A DNA stretch of 64,000 nucleotides from Mayamaea pseudoterrestris. Lineage: Eukaryota. Position numbers and translations under genes: made by a program. A model generated the notes under the pieces. It saw only the letters and a list, made by a program, of their open reading frames with translations, had not been told where the DNA came from and did no database searches. The stretch lies in contig BROI01000002.1 in assembly GCA_027923505.1 (NCBI GenBank), positions 2,418,001-2,482,000 on the forward strand, given 5' to 3'. Numbering within the stretch: position 1 is the first letter of the stretch; every line of letters begins with the position of its first letter. Shown piece after piece: positions 11,801 through 22,863 of this stretch.

Positions 11801-13866
11801 CCTACCATCTTGTAGCGCAGCCTGAATAATGATGTTGGCACCATTCTGGTGTATTTTGGGCACCTACTGGGCCTGCTGTAGGGTTGTCTGAATGTCATGG
11901 CATCTGCGGGCAGAGACTGGTGACAAGTTGTCACCAAATACAATGCCATCCCCTGAGACACCAGCCAAGCCTACCATCTTGTAGCGCAGCCTGAATAATG
12001 ATGTTGGCACCATTCTGGTGTATTTTGGGCAACCACAGGGCTTCCTGTAGGGGCGTTTGAATGTCACGGCATCTGCAGGCAGACACTGGTGACAAGTTGT
12101 CACCAAATACAATGACATCCCCTGAGACACCAGCCAAGCCTACCATCTTGTAGCGCAGCCTGAATAATGATGTTGGCACCATTCTGGTGTATTTTGGGCA
12201 CCTACAGGGCTTGCTGTAGGGGCGTTTGAATGTCACGGCATCTGTGGGCTGAGACTGGTGACAAGTTGTCACCAAATACATTGCCATCCCCTGAGACACC
12301 AGCCAAGCCTACCATCTTGTAGCGCAGCCAGAATAATGATGTTGGCACCATTCTGGTGTATTTTGGGCAACCACAGGGCTTACTGTAGGGGCGTTTGAAT
12401 GTCACGGCATCTGCAGGCAGAGACTGGTGACAAGTTGTCACCAAATACAATGCCATCCCCTGAGACACCAGCCAAGCCTACCATCTTGTAGCGCAGCCTG
12501 AATAATGATGTTGGCACCATTCTGGTGTATTTTGGGCACCTACAGGGCCTCCTGTAGGGTTGTTTGAATGTCACGGCATCTGCGGGCAGAGACTGGTGAC
12601 AAGTTGTCACCAAATACATTGCCATCCCCTGAGACACCAGCCAAGCCTACCATCTTGTAGCGCAGCCAGAATAATGATGTTGGCACCATTCTGGTGTATT
12701 TTGGGCACCTACAGGGCTTGCTGTAGGGGCGTTTGAATGTCACGGCATCTGCGGGCTGAGACTGGTGACAAGTTGTCACCAAATACATTGCCATCCCCTG
12801 AGACACCAGCCAAGCATACCATCTTGTAGCGCAGCCTGCATAATGATGTTGGCACCATTCTGGTGTATTTTGGGCACCTACAGGGCTTGCTGTAGGGGCG
12901 TTTGAATGTCACGGCATCTGCGGGCTGAGACTGGTGACAAGTTGTCACCAAATACATTGCCATCCCCTGAGACACCAGCCAAGCCTACCATCTTGTAGCG
13001 CAGCCTGAATAATGATGTTGGCACCATTCTGGTGTATTTTGGGCACCTACAGGGCTTGCTGTAGGGGCGTTTGAATGTCACGGCATCTGCGGGCTGAGAC
13101 TGGTGACAAGTTGTCACCAAATACATTGCCATCCCCTGAGACACCAGCCAAGCCTACCATCTTGTAGCGCAGCCTGAATAATGATGTTGGCACCATTCTG
13201 GTGTAATTTGGGCACCTACAGGGCTTGCTGTAGGGGCGTTTGAATGTCACGGCATCTGCGGGCTGAGACTGGTGACAAGTTGTCACCAAATACATTGCCA
13301 TCCCCTGAGACACCAGCCAAGCATACCATCTTGTAGCGCAGCCTGAATAATGATGTTGGCACCATTCTGGTGTATTTTGGGCACCTACAGGGCTTGCTGT
13401 AGGGGCGTTTGAATGTCACGGCATCTGCGGGCTGAGACTGGTGACAAGTTGTCACCAAATACATTGCCATCCCCTGAGACACCAGCCAGGCCTACCATCT
13501 TGTAGCGCAGCCGGAAAAATGATGTTGGCACCATTCTGGTGTATTTTGGGCACCCACAGGGCTTGCTGTAGGGGTGTTTTGACTGTCACGGCATGTGCGG
13601 GCTGAGACTGGTGACAAGTTGTCACCAAATACATTGCCATCCCCTGAGACACCAGCCAAGCCTACCATCTTGTAGCGCTGCCGGAAAAATGATGTTGGCA
13701 CCATTCTGGTGTGTTACAGGGCCTGCATGGCGTAATGTGACGGCATCTGCGGGCAGAGACTGGTGACAAGGTGTCACCGAATACATTGGTATCCCCTGAG
13801 ACACCAGCCAGGCATATCATCTGTAGCGCGCTAAAAGTCACCATTCTGACATGGGGCACCACAGGG
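5808..13866. repeat. Tandem satellite 2, 169-bp monomer, ~48 copies (heterogeneous block with higher-order structure)
   Basis: Monomer TTTTGGGCACCTACAGGGCTTGCTGTAGGGGCG...TGGTGACAAGTTGTCACCA...CACCATTCTGGTGTA recurs every 169 bp; the ORF track repeats at 169-bp steps. Confidence 0.98.
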
Positions 13867-14195
13867 TGACACAATATTATTGAGTTGAGTTGACCTGCGT
13901 CTTATGACAAGACGGTTAGCTACCTGTGTTTTGTATGCATTTAATCCTGTGCAGGGTTGAGTCACACTTGTGACCGAATCCTCACATACATGAGTGAAAT
14001 CGCTGACGATCGAGGCGTGAACCTCGACCGTGAACCCAGTGAGAACGAGAAAGAAGCGCACGAGTAGAGTAGCGAGTAACATGCACTATTCTAGCAATTG
14101 AGTTTGTTTGTTTGCTTTACGCTGGACGAAGAGGTTGATCGCTCCGAGTCCATTGTAGTCGCTGGAATAAAGGTTCGTCTGATATTATCGTGTCA
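13867..14195 (+). repeat. 5' LTR (329 bp) of element 2
   Basis: Begins TGACACAATATTAT and ends ATATTATCGTGTCA (12/14 terminal inverted repeat). AATAAA at 14166; followed directly by the PBS-like GATTAACAGTC. Confidence 0.8.
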
Positions 14196-14412
14196 GATTA
14201 ACAGTCTTGCTAGCTTGTCTTGACCTGAGAGAGCTGTGCGAAAGAGAGAGTGAAAGAATCGAGAAATTGAGAGAGAAAGAGCAGATTCCTTGCGGCGTCG
14301 TCAATCCGAATACTTGGCACGAGCGCGTAGAACAGGATCGTATAAGGCTCGACTGCATTGAGAGCGGTTGTTGTGTAAGAAAGGACTTGCGGAAAGCGAG
14401 GTATTCACTATC

Positions 14413-15654
14413 ATGGTTGCGATTACTGCGGAAGCTTTGCAGCTTCTCTGCACGAACGTTTTCGGACGAGACATCCAAGAAGCGTTCTTGTTTTGGAATG
14501 TAACCACCACTACCCAGATGTTGAGATTGACCAAGGAGCAACTTGAAGCCCCCTACTGGGTCGACAGAGCCGCCATCCAAGCTGGCGTTGGACAACCTGA
14601 AGGCGCGCAACCCGACGATGCGCCCGGCGACGAGCCGGCCGAGGAACCGGCCGAGGAACAAGCAGCCGCCGCCCCAGAACGATACGAAACGACATTAGCA
14701 CCAGTCTACGTGAACCTTGTCCTCGATGCATGCGAATGGTTTACCATGCACGACGGACCCCCGAACACCAAGAAGTGGGCGTTGCTTGATTTAGGCAAGC
14801 TCGAGCGATACCAAGCGATTCTCGCGGAACAAGAAATCGCGCGGAAGCGTGAAGAAGGATACTACGTACTCGAGTCCAAGAAGAAGCAAGCCGAGCTACT
14901 TGCCAAGCAACTCGAAAATGAGACCATCAAGGCTGAGAAGGCCGAAAAGGAAGAAGATGCCAAGGGTCGTTTCTCGAACCTCAAGACGAAACGAGACTAC
15001 AAGGACTACAAAACGTTCCAACATCCCCACGCGTGGTTGAGTTGGAGCGCGTCTACCAAGGCAATCGCCAAGCTCCATGGCTGTTCTAACGTGCTCGACA
15101 GCAAGTACGTACCAGTCACGGAAGAAGAGAAATTAGAGTTCGAGAATCAGCAAGTCTTCATGTACACTGCGTTTCGCAATTGTCTCGAAGTCCCTGGACA
15201 CCAGTCGCTCCTGATGAAGTACGGCGACAAGTCTGACGCTCAAGGCGTCTATCGCGAACTCGCGACCAAGTTTGGTTCCGGCGAGTTAGCTACCATCCAA
15301 GCGAACGAACTGCAAGCCAAGCTTGCGACGATTCGCCTAGATTCGACCTGGACGAAAGGACACTACAAGTTCCTAAACTACATCGAACAGCTCATGAAGA
15401 ATCTCGAAGAGTTCCGTCCTGGAGTGACGGATGACAAGAAAAAGTACTACTGGCTCCGAGCTGCAGTGGAAGGCGACGAAGAATTCGGCCCCACATGCAC
15501 GACGTTCGACCAGCACTTGCAATTTGAGCGACGACGCATCATCAGTGCAAATGGTGGCCCGAACGCCGTCGTGACGGAAGATTATGACTGTCTTTTCGAC
15601 ATGTTGTCGCAGCAGGCTCTGCCGGCGTCGACAACAAGAACGCAAGTTGAATAA
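14413..15654 (+). CDS. gag: Retrotransposon Gag (element 2); C-terminus frameshifted near 15620 and continuing into an RG-rich tail
   Basis: Part of the 428-aa ORF. Motifs NVLDSKYVP, FENQQVFMY, SDAQGVYREL and IRLDSTW resemble diatom copia Gag; position is between LTR/PBS and protease. Confidence 0.75.
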   Translation: MVAITAEALQLLCTNVFGRDIQEAFLFWNVTTTTQMLRLTKEQLEAPYWVDRAAIQAGVGQPEGAQPDDAPGDEPAEEPAEEQAAAAPERYETTLAPVYVNLVLDACEWFTMHDGPPNTKKWALLDLGKLERYQAILAEQEIARKREEGYYVLESKKKQAELLAKQLENETIKAEKAEKEEDAKGRFSNLKTKRDYKDYKTFQHPHAWLSWSASTKAIAKLHGCSNVLDSKYVPVTEEEKLEFENQQVFMYTAFRNCLEVPGHQSLLMKYGDKSDAQGVYRELATKFGSGELATIQANELQAKLATIRLDSTWTKGHYKFLNYIEQLMKNLEEFRPGVTDDKKKYYWLRAAVEGDEEFGPTCTTFDQHLQFERRRIISANGGPNAVVTEDYDCLFDMLSQQALPASTTRTQVE

Positions 15655-17035
15655 GGGCAAGAAGAACGCCGACCGCCAAGCGAACAACGCGAACACTTCC
15701 GGACAAGGACGTGGTAATGGGCGCGGTTCCGGTCGTGGCGGGGGCGCGGCGGCCAAGGCGGGCCCGGCGGGGGGCGAGACGGTGGGCCGCGGTTCCCAAG
15801 TGAGCCGTGGTTCCGGAGGGGCGAGGCTCTTCCGCGCCCTACCAGCCGCGATGCGCAAGCGCATCGGGAGCGATTCCCTGGTGATTATCTGAACTTTGAA
15901 CAGTTGTTGCAGAACCCCTGGTCGTACATGTCGTACGAACGACTCGGCCGACACGAGGGCGAATACGCTCAGCTCATGGCTCGGCGAAGCCGTCCCAAGA
16001 CCCGCCACGACAAGGCGCGCGAACAATGGCAACCGCGCGAATAACCAGCAGTCACAAGCGGCTGCCTCGGTGCCTGGTACAATCCTGTATCAGAATGGCG
16101 CTGTCTCGATCGCCCCGGCGACAGCCACTCAAGGTGCACCGGATGACATGATTAGATCTTTCCTTGCGGACGCCGCGTCGTCTCCCTCAAGCTCGAATAA
16201 CACCCAGCAGAGTTTATGGGAGGCGACGGGCGTCGGTACCGCGCAATGGTATCGGTGCGCTACACTGTGAATCGAGCTCGCAGCAACGAGACCCGCCAAG
16301 GATCGCTGATTGACCGGTGCGAACGGTGGACTCGCTGGAAGCGATATGAGAATCTTGAGTACTACCAACCACCGTGTAACGTGACAGGTTTGGCGACCAC
16401 ACGGTTCGCGACCTCCAAGTCGGAACTGGCGTCGCATTGATTGAGACTCCGGACTGGACCCATTATCGGTCAGTTCAACCAGTATGCTTTTGCGACGGTG
16501 CTGTATCCATTCATGCACCATCGCAGCTTCGTTCGTTCGGCCATCTGATCGACGGCGTTGCTCGCTCCCAGAATGGAACACAAGCCATTGTCACCAGTTG
16601 TGGCAAGACCATCCCCTTAGCGATCCGCGACGGTTTGCCTCGAATGGATATCGTCCGCCCGGCGCCGAGTTGGAAATGTATCCGGCGGTCATTTTCTCTG
16701 CGGACACCCTTTGGGATCCGGCGGACTTGGACAATGAATGGAACGAAGAAGAACTTGAGTTTAATCGTCACCTCGACGAATTGGAAGAAACCCACGGTTT
16801 CGTCGACGCCCGCATGGGATGACTTCGGCGACGCCACCTACCGGAACAACATGAATTCAGTGGAACGTTGGTGCAGTATGTCGATCGCAATCAGGCTGAT
16901 ACGACGCGCCAAGCCAATCGACGCATAATGCCACAGAACCTGACTACCAAGCGCTGACCCTACCTTGGCTACACCTCGAGCGAGTCAAGCGCACCATTAA
17001 GAATACGACACAACTTTTCCGTGCATCGGCACACC

Positions 17036-20000
17036 CCCAAGCATACCATCTTGTAGCGCAGCCTTAATAATGATGTTGGCACCATTCTGGTGTATTTTGG
17101 GCTCCTACAGGGCTCGCTGTACGGGCGTTTGAATGTCACGGCTTCTGCGGGTTGAGACTGGTAACAAGTTGTCACCAAATACATTGCCATCCCCTGAGAC
17201 ACCAGCCAAGCCTACCATCTTGTAGCGCAGCTTGAATAATGATGTTGGCACCATTCTGATCTCACAGGGCCTGCTGTAGGGGCGTTTGAATGTCACAGCA
17301 TCTGCGAGGGCTGAGACTGGTGACAAGTTGTCACCAAATACATTGCCATCCCCTGAGACACCAGCCAAGCCTACCATCTTCTAGCGCAGCCTGAATAATG
17401 ATGGTGGCACCATTCTGGTGTATTTTGGGCACCTACAGGGCTTGCTGTAGGGGCGTTTGAATGTCACGGCATCTGCAGGATGAGACTGGTGACAAGTTGT
17501 CACCAAATACATTTCCATCCCCTGAGAAACCGCCAAGCCTACCATCTTGTAGCGCAGCCTGAATAATGATGTTGGCACCATTCTGGTGTATTTTGGGCAC
17601 CTACAGGGCTTGCTGTAGGGGCGTTTGAATGTCACGGCATCTGTGGGCTGAGACTGGTGACAAGTTGTCACCAAATACATTGCCATCCCCTGAGACACCA
17701 GCCAAGCCTACCATCTTGTAGCGCAGCCTGAATAATGATGTTGGCACCATTCTGGTGTATTTTGGGCACCTACAGGGGGGCGGGCGTTTGAATGTCACGG
17801 CATCTGGGGGCTGAGACTGGTGACAAGTTGTCACCAAATACATTGCCATCCCCTGAGACACCAGCCAAGCCTACCATCTTGTAGCGCAGCCTGAATAATG
17901 ATGTTGGCACCATTCTGGTGTATTTTGGGCACCTACAGGGCTTGCTGTAGGGGCGTTTGAATGTCACGGCATCTGGGGGATGAGACTGGTGACAAGTTGT
18001 CACCAAATACATTGCCATCCCCTGAGACACCAGCCAAGCCTACCATCTTGTAGCGCAGCCTGAATAATGATGTTGGCACCATTCTGGTGTATTTTGGGCA
18101 CCTACAGGGCTTGCTGTAGGGCGTTTGAATGTCACGGCATCTGCGGGCTGAGACTGGTGACAAGTTGTCACCAAATACATTGCCATCCCCTGAGACACCA
18201 GCCAAGCCTACCTTCTTGTAGCACAGCCTGAATAATGATGTTGGCACCATTCTGGTGTATTTTGGGCACCTACAGGGCTTGCTGTAGGGGCGTTTGAATG
18301 TCACGGCATCTGCGGGCTGAGACTGGTGACATGTTGTCACCAAATACATTGCCATCCCCTGAGACACCAGCCAAGCCTACCTTCTTGTAGCACAGCCTGA
18401 ATAATGATGTTGGCACCATTCTGGTGTATTTTGGGCACCTACAGGGCTTGCTGTAGGGCGTTTGAATGTCACGGCATCTGCGGGCTGAGACTGGTGACAA
18501 GTTGTCACCAAATACATTGCCATCCCCTGAGACACCAGCCAAGCCTACCATCTTGTAGCGCAGTCTGAATAATAATGTTGGCACCATTCTGGTGTTTTTT
18601 GGGCACCTACAGGGCTTGCTGTAGGGGCGTTTGAATGTCACGGCATCTGCGGGCTGAGACTGGTGACAAGTTGTCACCAAATACATTGCCATCCCCTGAG
18701 ACACCAGCCAAGCCTACCCTCTTGTAGTGCAGCCTAAATAATGATGGAGGCACCATTCTGGTGTATTTTGGGCACCTACAGGGCTTGCTGTAGGGGCGTT
18801 TGAATGTCATGGCATCTTTGGGCTGAGACTGGTGACAAGTTGTCACCAAATACATTGCAATCCCCTGAGACACCAGCCAAGCCTACCATCTTGTAGCGCA
18901 GCCTGAATAATGATGTTGGCACCATTCTGGTGTATTTTGGGCACCTACAGGGCTTGCTGTAGGGGCGTTTGAATGTCACGGCATCTGCGGGCTGAGACTG
19001 GTGACAAGTTGTCACCAAATACATTGCCATCCCCTGAGACACCAGCCAAGCCTACCATCTTGTAGCGCAGCCTGAATAGTGATGTTGGCACCATTCTGGT
19101 GTATTTTGGGCACCTACAGGGCTTGCTGTAGGGGCGTTTGAATGTCACGGCATCTGCGGGCTGAGACTGGTGACAAGTTGTCACCAAATACATTGCCATC
19201 CCCTGAGACACCAGCCAAGCCTACCATCTTGTAGCGCAGCCTGAATAATGATGTTGGCACCATTCTGGTGTATTTTGGGCACCTACAGGGCTTGCTGTAG
19301 GGGCGTTTGAATGTCACGGCATCTGCGGGCTGAGACTGGTGACAAGTTGTCACCAAATACATTGCCATCCCCTGAGACACCAGCCAAGCCTACCATCTTG
19401 TAGCGCAGCCTAATTAATGATGTTGGCACCATTCTGGTGTATTTTGGGCACCTACAGGGCTTGCTGTAGGGGCGTTTGAATGTCACGGCATCTGCGGGCT
19501 GAGACTGGTGACAAGTTGTCACCAAATACATTGCCATCCCCTGAGACACCAGCCAGGCCTACCATCTTGTAGCGCAGCCTGAATAATGATGTTGGCACCA
19601 TTCTGGTGTATTTTGGGCACCTACAGGGCTTGCTGTAGGGGCGTTTGAATGTCACGGCATCTGCGGGCTGAGACTGGTGACAAGTTGTCACCAAATACAT
19701 TGCCATCCCCTGAGACACCAGCCAAGCCTACCATCTTGTAGCGCAGCCTGAATAGTGATGGAGGCACCATTCTGGTGTATTTTGGGCACCTACAGGGCTT
19801 GCTGTAGGGGCGTTTGAATGTCACGGCATCTGCGGGCTAAGACTGGTGACAAGTTGTCACCAAATACATTGCCATCCCCTGAGACACCAGCCAAGCCTAC
19901 CATCTTATAGCGCAGCCTGAATAATGATGGAGGCACCATTCTGGTGTATTTTGGGAACCTACAGGGCTTGCTGTAGGGGCGTTTGAATGTCACGGCATCT

Positions 20001-21140
20001 GCGGGCTGAGACTGGTGACAAGTTGTCACCAAATACATTGCCATCCCCTGAGACACCAGCCAAGCCTACCATCTTGTAGCGCAGCCTGAATAATGATGTT
20101 GGCACCATTCTGGTGTATTTTGGGCACCTACAGGGCTTGCTGTAGGGCGTTTGAATGTTACAGCATCTGCGGGCTGAGACTGGTGACAAGTTGTCACCAA
20201 ATACATTGCCATCCACTGAGACACCAGCCAAGCCTACCATCTTGTAGCGCAGCCTGAATAATGATGTTGGCACCATTCTGGTGTATTTTGGGCACCTACA
20301 GGGCTTGCTGTAGGGGCGTTTGAATGTCACGGCATCTGCGGGCTGAGACTGGTGACAAGTTGTCACCAAATGCATTGCCATCCCCTGAGACACCAGCCAA
20401 GCCTACCATCTTGTAGCGCAGCCTGAATAATGATGTTGGCACCATTCTGGTGTATTTTGGGCACCTACAGGGCTTGCTGTAGGGGCGTTTGAATGCCACG
20501 GCATCTGCGGGCTGAGACTGGTGACAAGTTGTCACCAAATACATTGCCATCCCCTGAGACACCAGCCAAGCCTACCATCTTGTAGCGCAGCCTGAATAAT
20601 GATGTTGGCACCATTCTGGTGTATTTTGGGCACCTACAGGGCTTGCTGTAGGGGCGTTTGAATGTCACGGCATCTGCGGGCTGAGACTGGTGACAAGTTG
20701 TCACCAAATACATTGCCATCCCCTGAGACACCCGCCAAGCCTACCATCTTGTAGCGCAGCCTGAATAATGATGTTGGCACCATTCTGGTGTATTTTGGGC
20801 ACCTACAGGGCTTGCTGTAGGGGCGTTTGAATGTCACGGCATCTGCGGGCTGAGACTGGTGACAAGTTGTCACCAAATACATTGCCATCCCCTGAGACAC
20901 CCGCCAAGCCTACCATCTTGTAGCGCAGCCTGAATAATAATGTTGGCACCATTCTGGTGTATTTTGGGCACCTACAGGGCTTGCTGTAGGGGCGTTTGAA
21001 TGTCACGGCATCTGCGGGCTGAGACTGGTGACAAGTTGTCACCAAATACATTGCCATCCCCTGGGACACCAGCCAAGCCTACCATCTTGTAGCGCAGCCA
21101 GAATAATAATTTTGGCACCATTCTGGTGTTTTTTGGGCAC
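17036..21140. repeat. Satellite 2 resumes: ~24 highly homogeneous 169-bp monomers
   Basis: Near-identical monomers; runs of identical 88-aa spurious ORFs at 169-bp steps. Confidence 0.98.
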
Positions 21141-22390
21141 CTACAGGGCTATGGGCTTTTGAAAATCATGGCATCTGATGGCTGAGACTGGTGACAAGTT
21201 GTCACCAATCACATTGCAGTCTACTGAGGGACCAGCCAGGCAATTCATCTTGTAGCGCAACTGAAATAAGGATGTTAGCACAATTCTGGCTTGATTTGAG
21301 CATACGCATGGCTCTATGTCTGGGCATTTGAAAATCACGGCATCTGCTGGCTGAGACTGGTGACAAGTTGTCACCAATAACATTGCAGTCTACTGAGGGA
21401 CCAGCCAGGCAACTCATCTTGTAGCGTACCTGAAATAAGGATGTTAGCACCATTCTGGCTTGATTTGGGCATACGCATGGCTCTAGGTATGGGCATTTGA
21501 AAATCATGGCATCTGCTGGCTGAGACTGGTGACAAGTTGTCACCAATCACATTGCAGTCTATTGATGGACCAGCCAGGCAACTTATCTTGTAGCGCACCT
21601 GAAATAAGGATGTTAGCACCATTCTGGCTTGATTTGGTCATACGCATGGCTCAAGGTATGAGCATTTGAAAATTATGGCATCTGCTGGCTGAGACTGGTG
21701 ACAAGTTGTCACCAATTGCATTGCAGTCTACTGAGGGACCAACCAGGCAACTTATCTTGTAGCGCACCTGAAATAAGGATGTTAGCACCATTCTGGCTGG
21801 ATTTGGGCATACACATGGCTCTAGGTATGGGCAATTGAAAATTACGGCATCTGCTGGCTGAGACTGGTGACAAGTTGTCACCAATCACATTGCAGTCTAC
21901 TGAGGGACCACTCATGCAACTTATCTTGTAGCGCACCTAAATTAACATTGTTAGCACCATTCTGGCTTGATTTGGGCATACACATTGCTCTAGGTATGGG
22001 CATTTGAAAATCTTGGCATCTGCTGGCTGAGACTGGTGACAAGTTGTCACCAATCACATTGCAGTCTACTGAGGGACCAGCCAGGCAACTCATCTTGTAG
22101 TGCACCTGCAATAAGGATGTTAGCACCATTCTGGCTTGATTTGGGCATACACATGGCTCTAGGAATGGTCATTTGAAAATCATGGCATCTGCTGGCTGAG
22201 ACTGGTGACAAGTTGTCACCAATCACATTGCAGTCTACTGACAGACCAGCCAGGCAACTCATCTTGTAGCGCACCTAAAACAAGGATGTTATCACCATTC
22301 TAGCTTGATTTGGTCATACGCATGGCTCTAGTTATGGGCATTTGAAAAGCCTGGCATCTGCTGGCTATTGTCACCAGTCACATTGCCGTC
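21141..22390. repeat. Satellite 2b: diverged 169-bp variant, ~7 copies at the array edge
   Basis: Same period and the same GAGACTGGTGACAAGTTGTCACCAA core, but a distinct consensus (CACATTGCAGTCTACTGAGGGACC, GCATACGCATGGCTCTAGGTATGG). Confidence 0.95.
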
Positions 22391-22396
22391 CATGGT

Positions 22397-22660
22397 GGTG
22401 CTACAGTGTGTGGCCTTCAAAGACTACCCGCAATAGTCCTGTCCCATGAATTCTATTCTGGCTATCCTTGGGGATACATATGTGGTGAGATTGGTGCATC
22501 AATCAATTTCAGCTCACGTGTAGCATCAGTTGTTTGGGAGGGCAAAGATTCACACAGTAACCAGCTACACGGTGCTACAGTGTGTGGCCTTAACGACTAC
22601 CCCCAATAGTCTTGTTCCATGAATTCTGTTCTGGCTATGCTTGGGGACACATAAGCGGTA
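22397..22660. repeat. ~1.5 copies of an unrelated 174-bp repeat
   Basis: GGTGCTACAGTGTGTGGCCTT at 22397 and 22571, followed by ~90 bp of similar sequence. Confidence 0.8.
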
Positions 22661-22863
22661 CCACAATTATAGTGCGCACTAGGCGTACGTATGCACATTA
22701 TACCGGTAGCACATTGAGTATCGAAGCGACGTTCTTACCGGTACTGGCGGCGATAGGTTCGTGCGGTGTGCGACCATTGCAATTCCATGCCCATCGCTTC
22801 GCATCCCTTCCGACAAAATCTTATTGCGTGGCACCATTGGAACTTACCAACAAGGCATTAAGT

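Larger units (their letters stand above)
13867..17035 (+). mobile_element. Ty1/copia LTR retrotransposon (CoDi II-like), 5' part only, frameshifted, embedded in satellite 2
   Basis: 5' LTR, PBS and a gag ORF, then a frameshifted protease motif SLIDR(G)ANGGLAGSDMR near 16300 and IPLAIRDGLP...LWDP. It stops in the GAG-pre-integrase region; there is no 3' LTR or TSD. Confidence 0.85.

Noticed and set aside
5808..21140. 5S rRNA, tRNA or snRNA tandem gene array
   Set aside because: No recognisable 5S or tRNA sequence, A/B boxes or Sm site in the monomer by eye; a covariance-model search would be the definitive test.
133..22274. Dozens of 60-144-aa ORFs in the satellites
   Set aside because: They are translations of tandem monomers recurring at the repeat period, with no protein-like features.
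5808..22390. CRISPR-like appearance (palindromic repeat at regular spacing)
   Set aside because: The sequence between palindromes is itself repeated rather than unique spacers; no cas genes; eukaryotic context.
22612..22863. N-terminal extension of the 614-aa ORF
   Set aside because: Starts at TTG inside the 174-bp relic repeat; the first ATG is at 22864.
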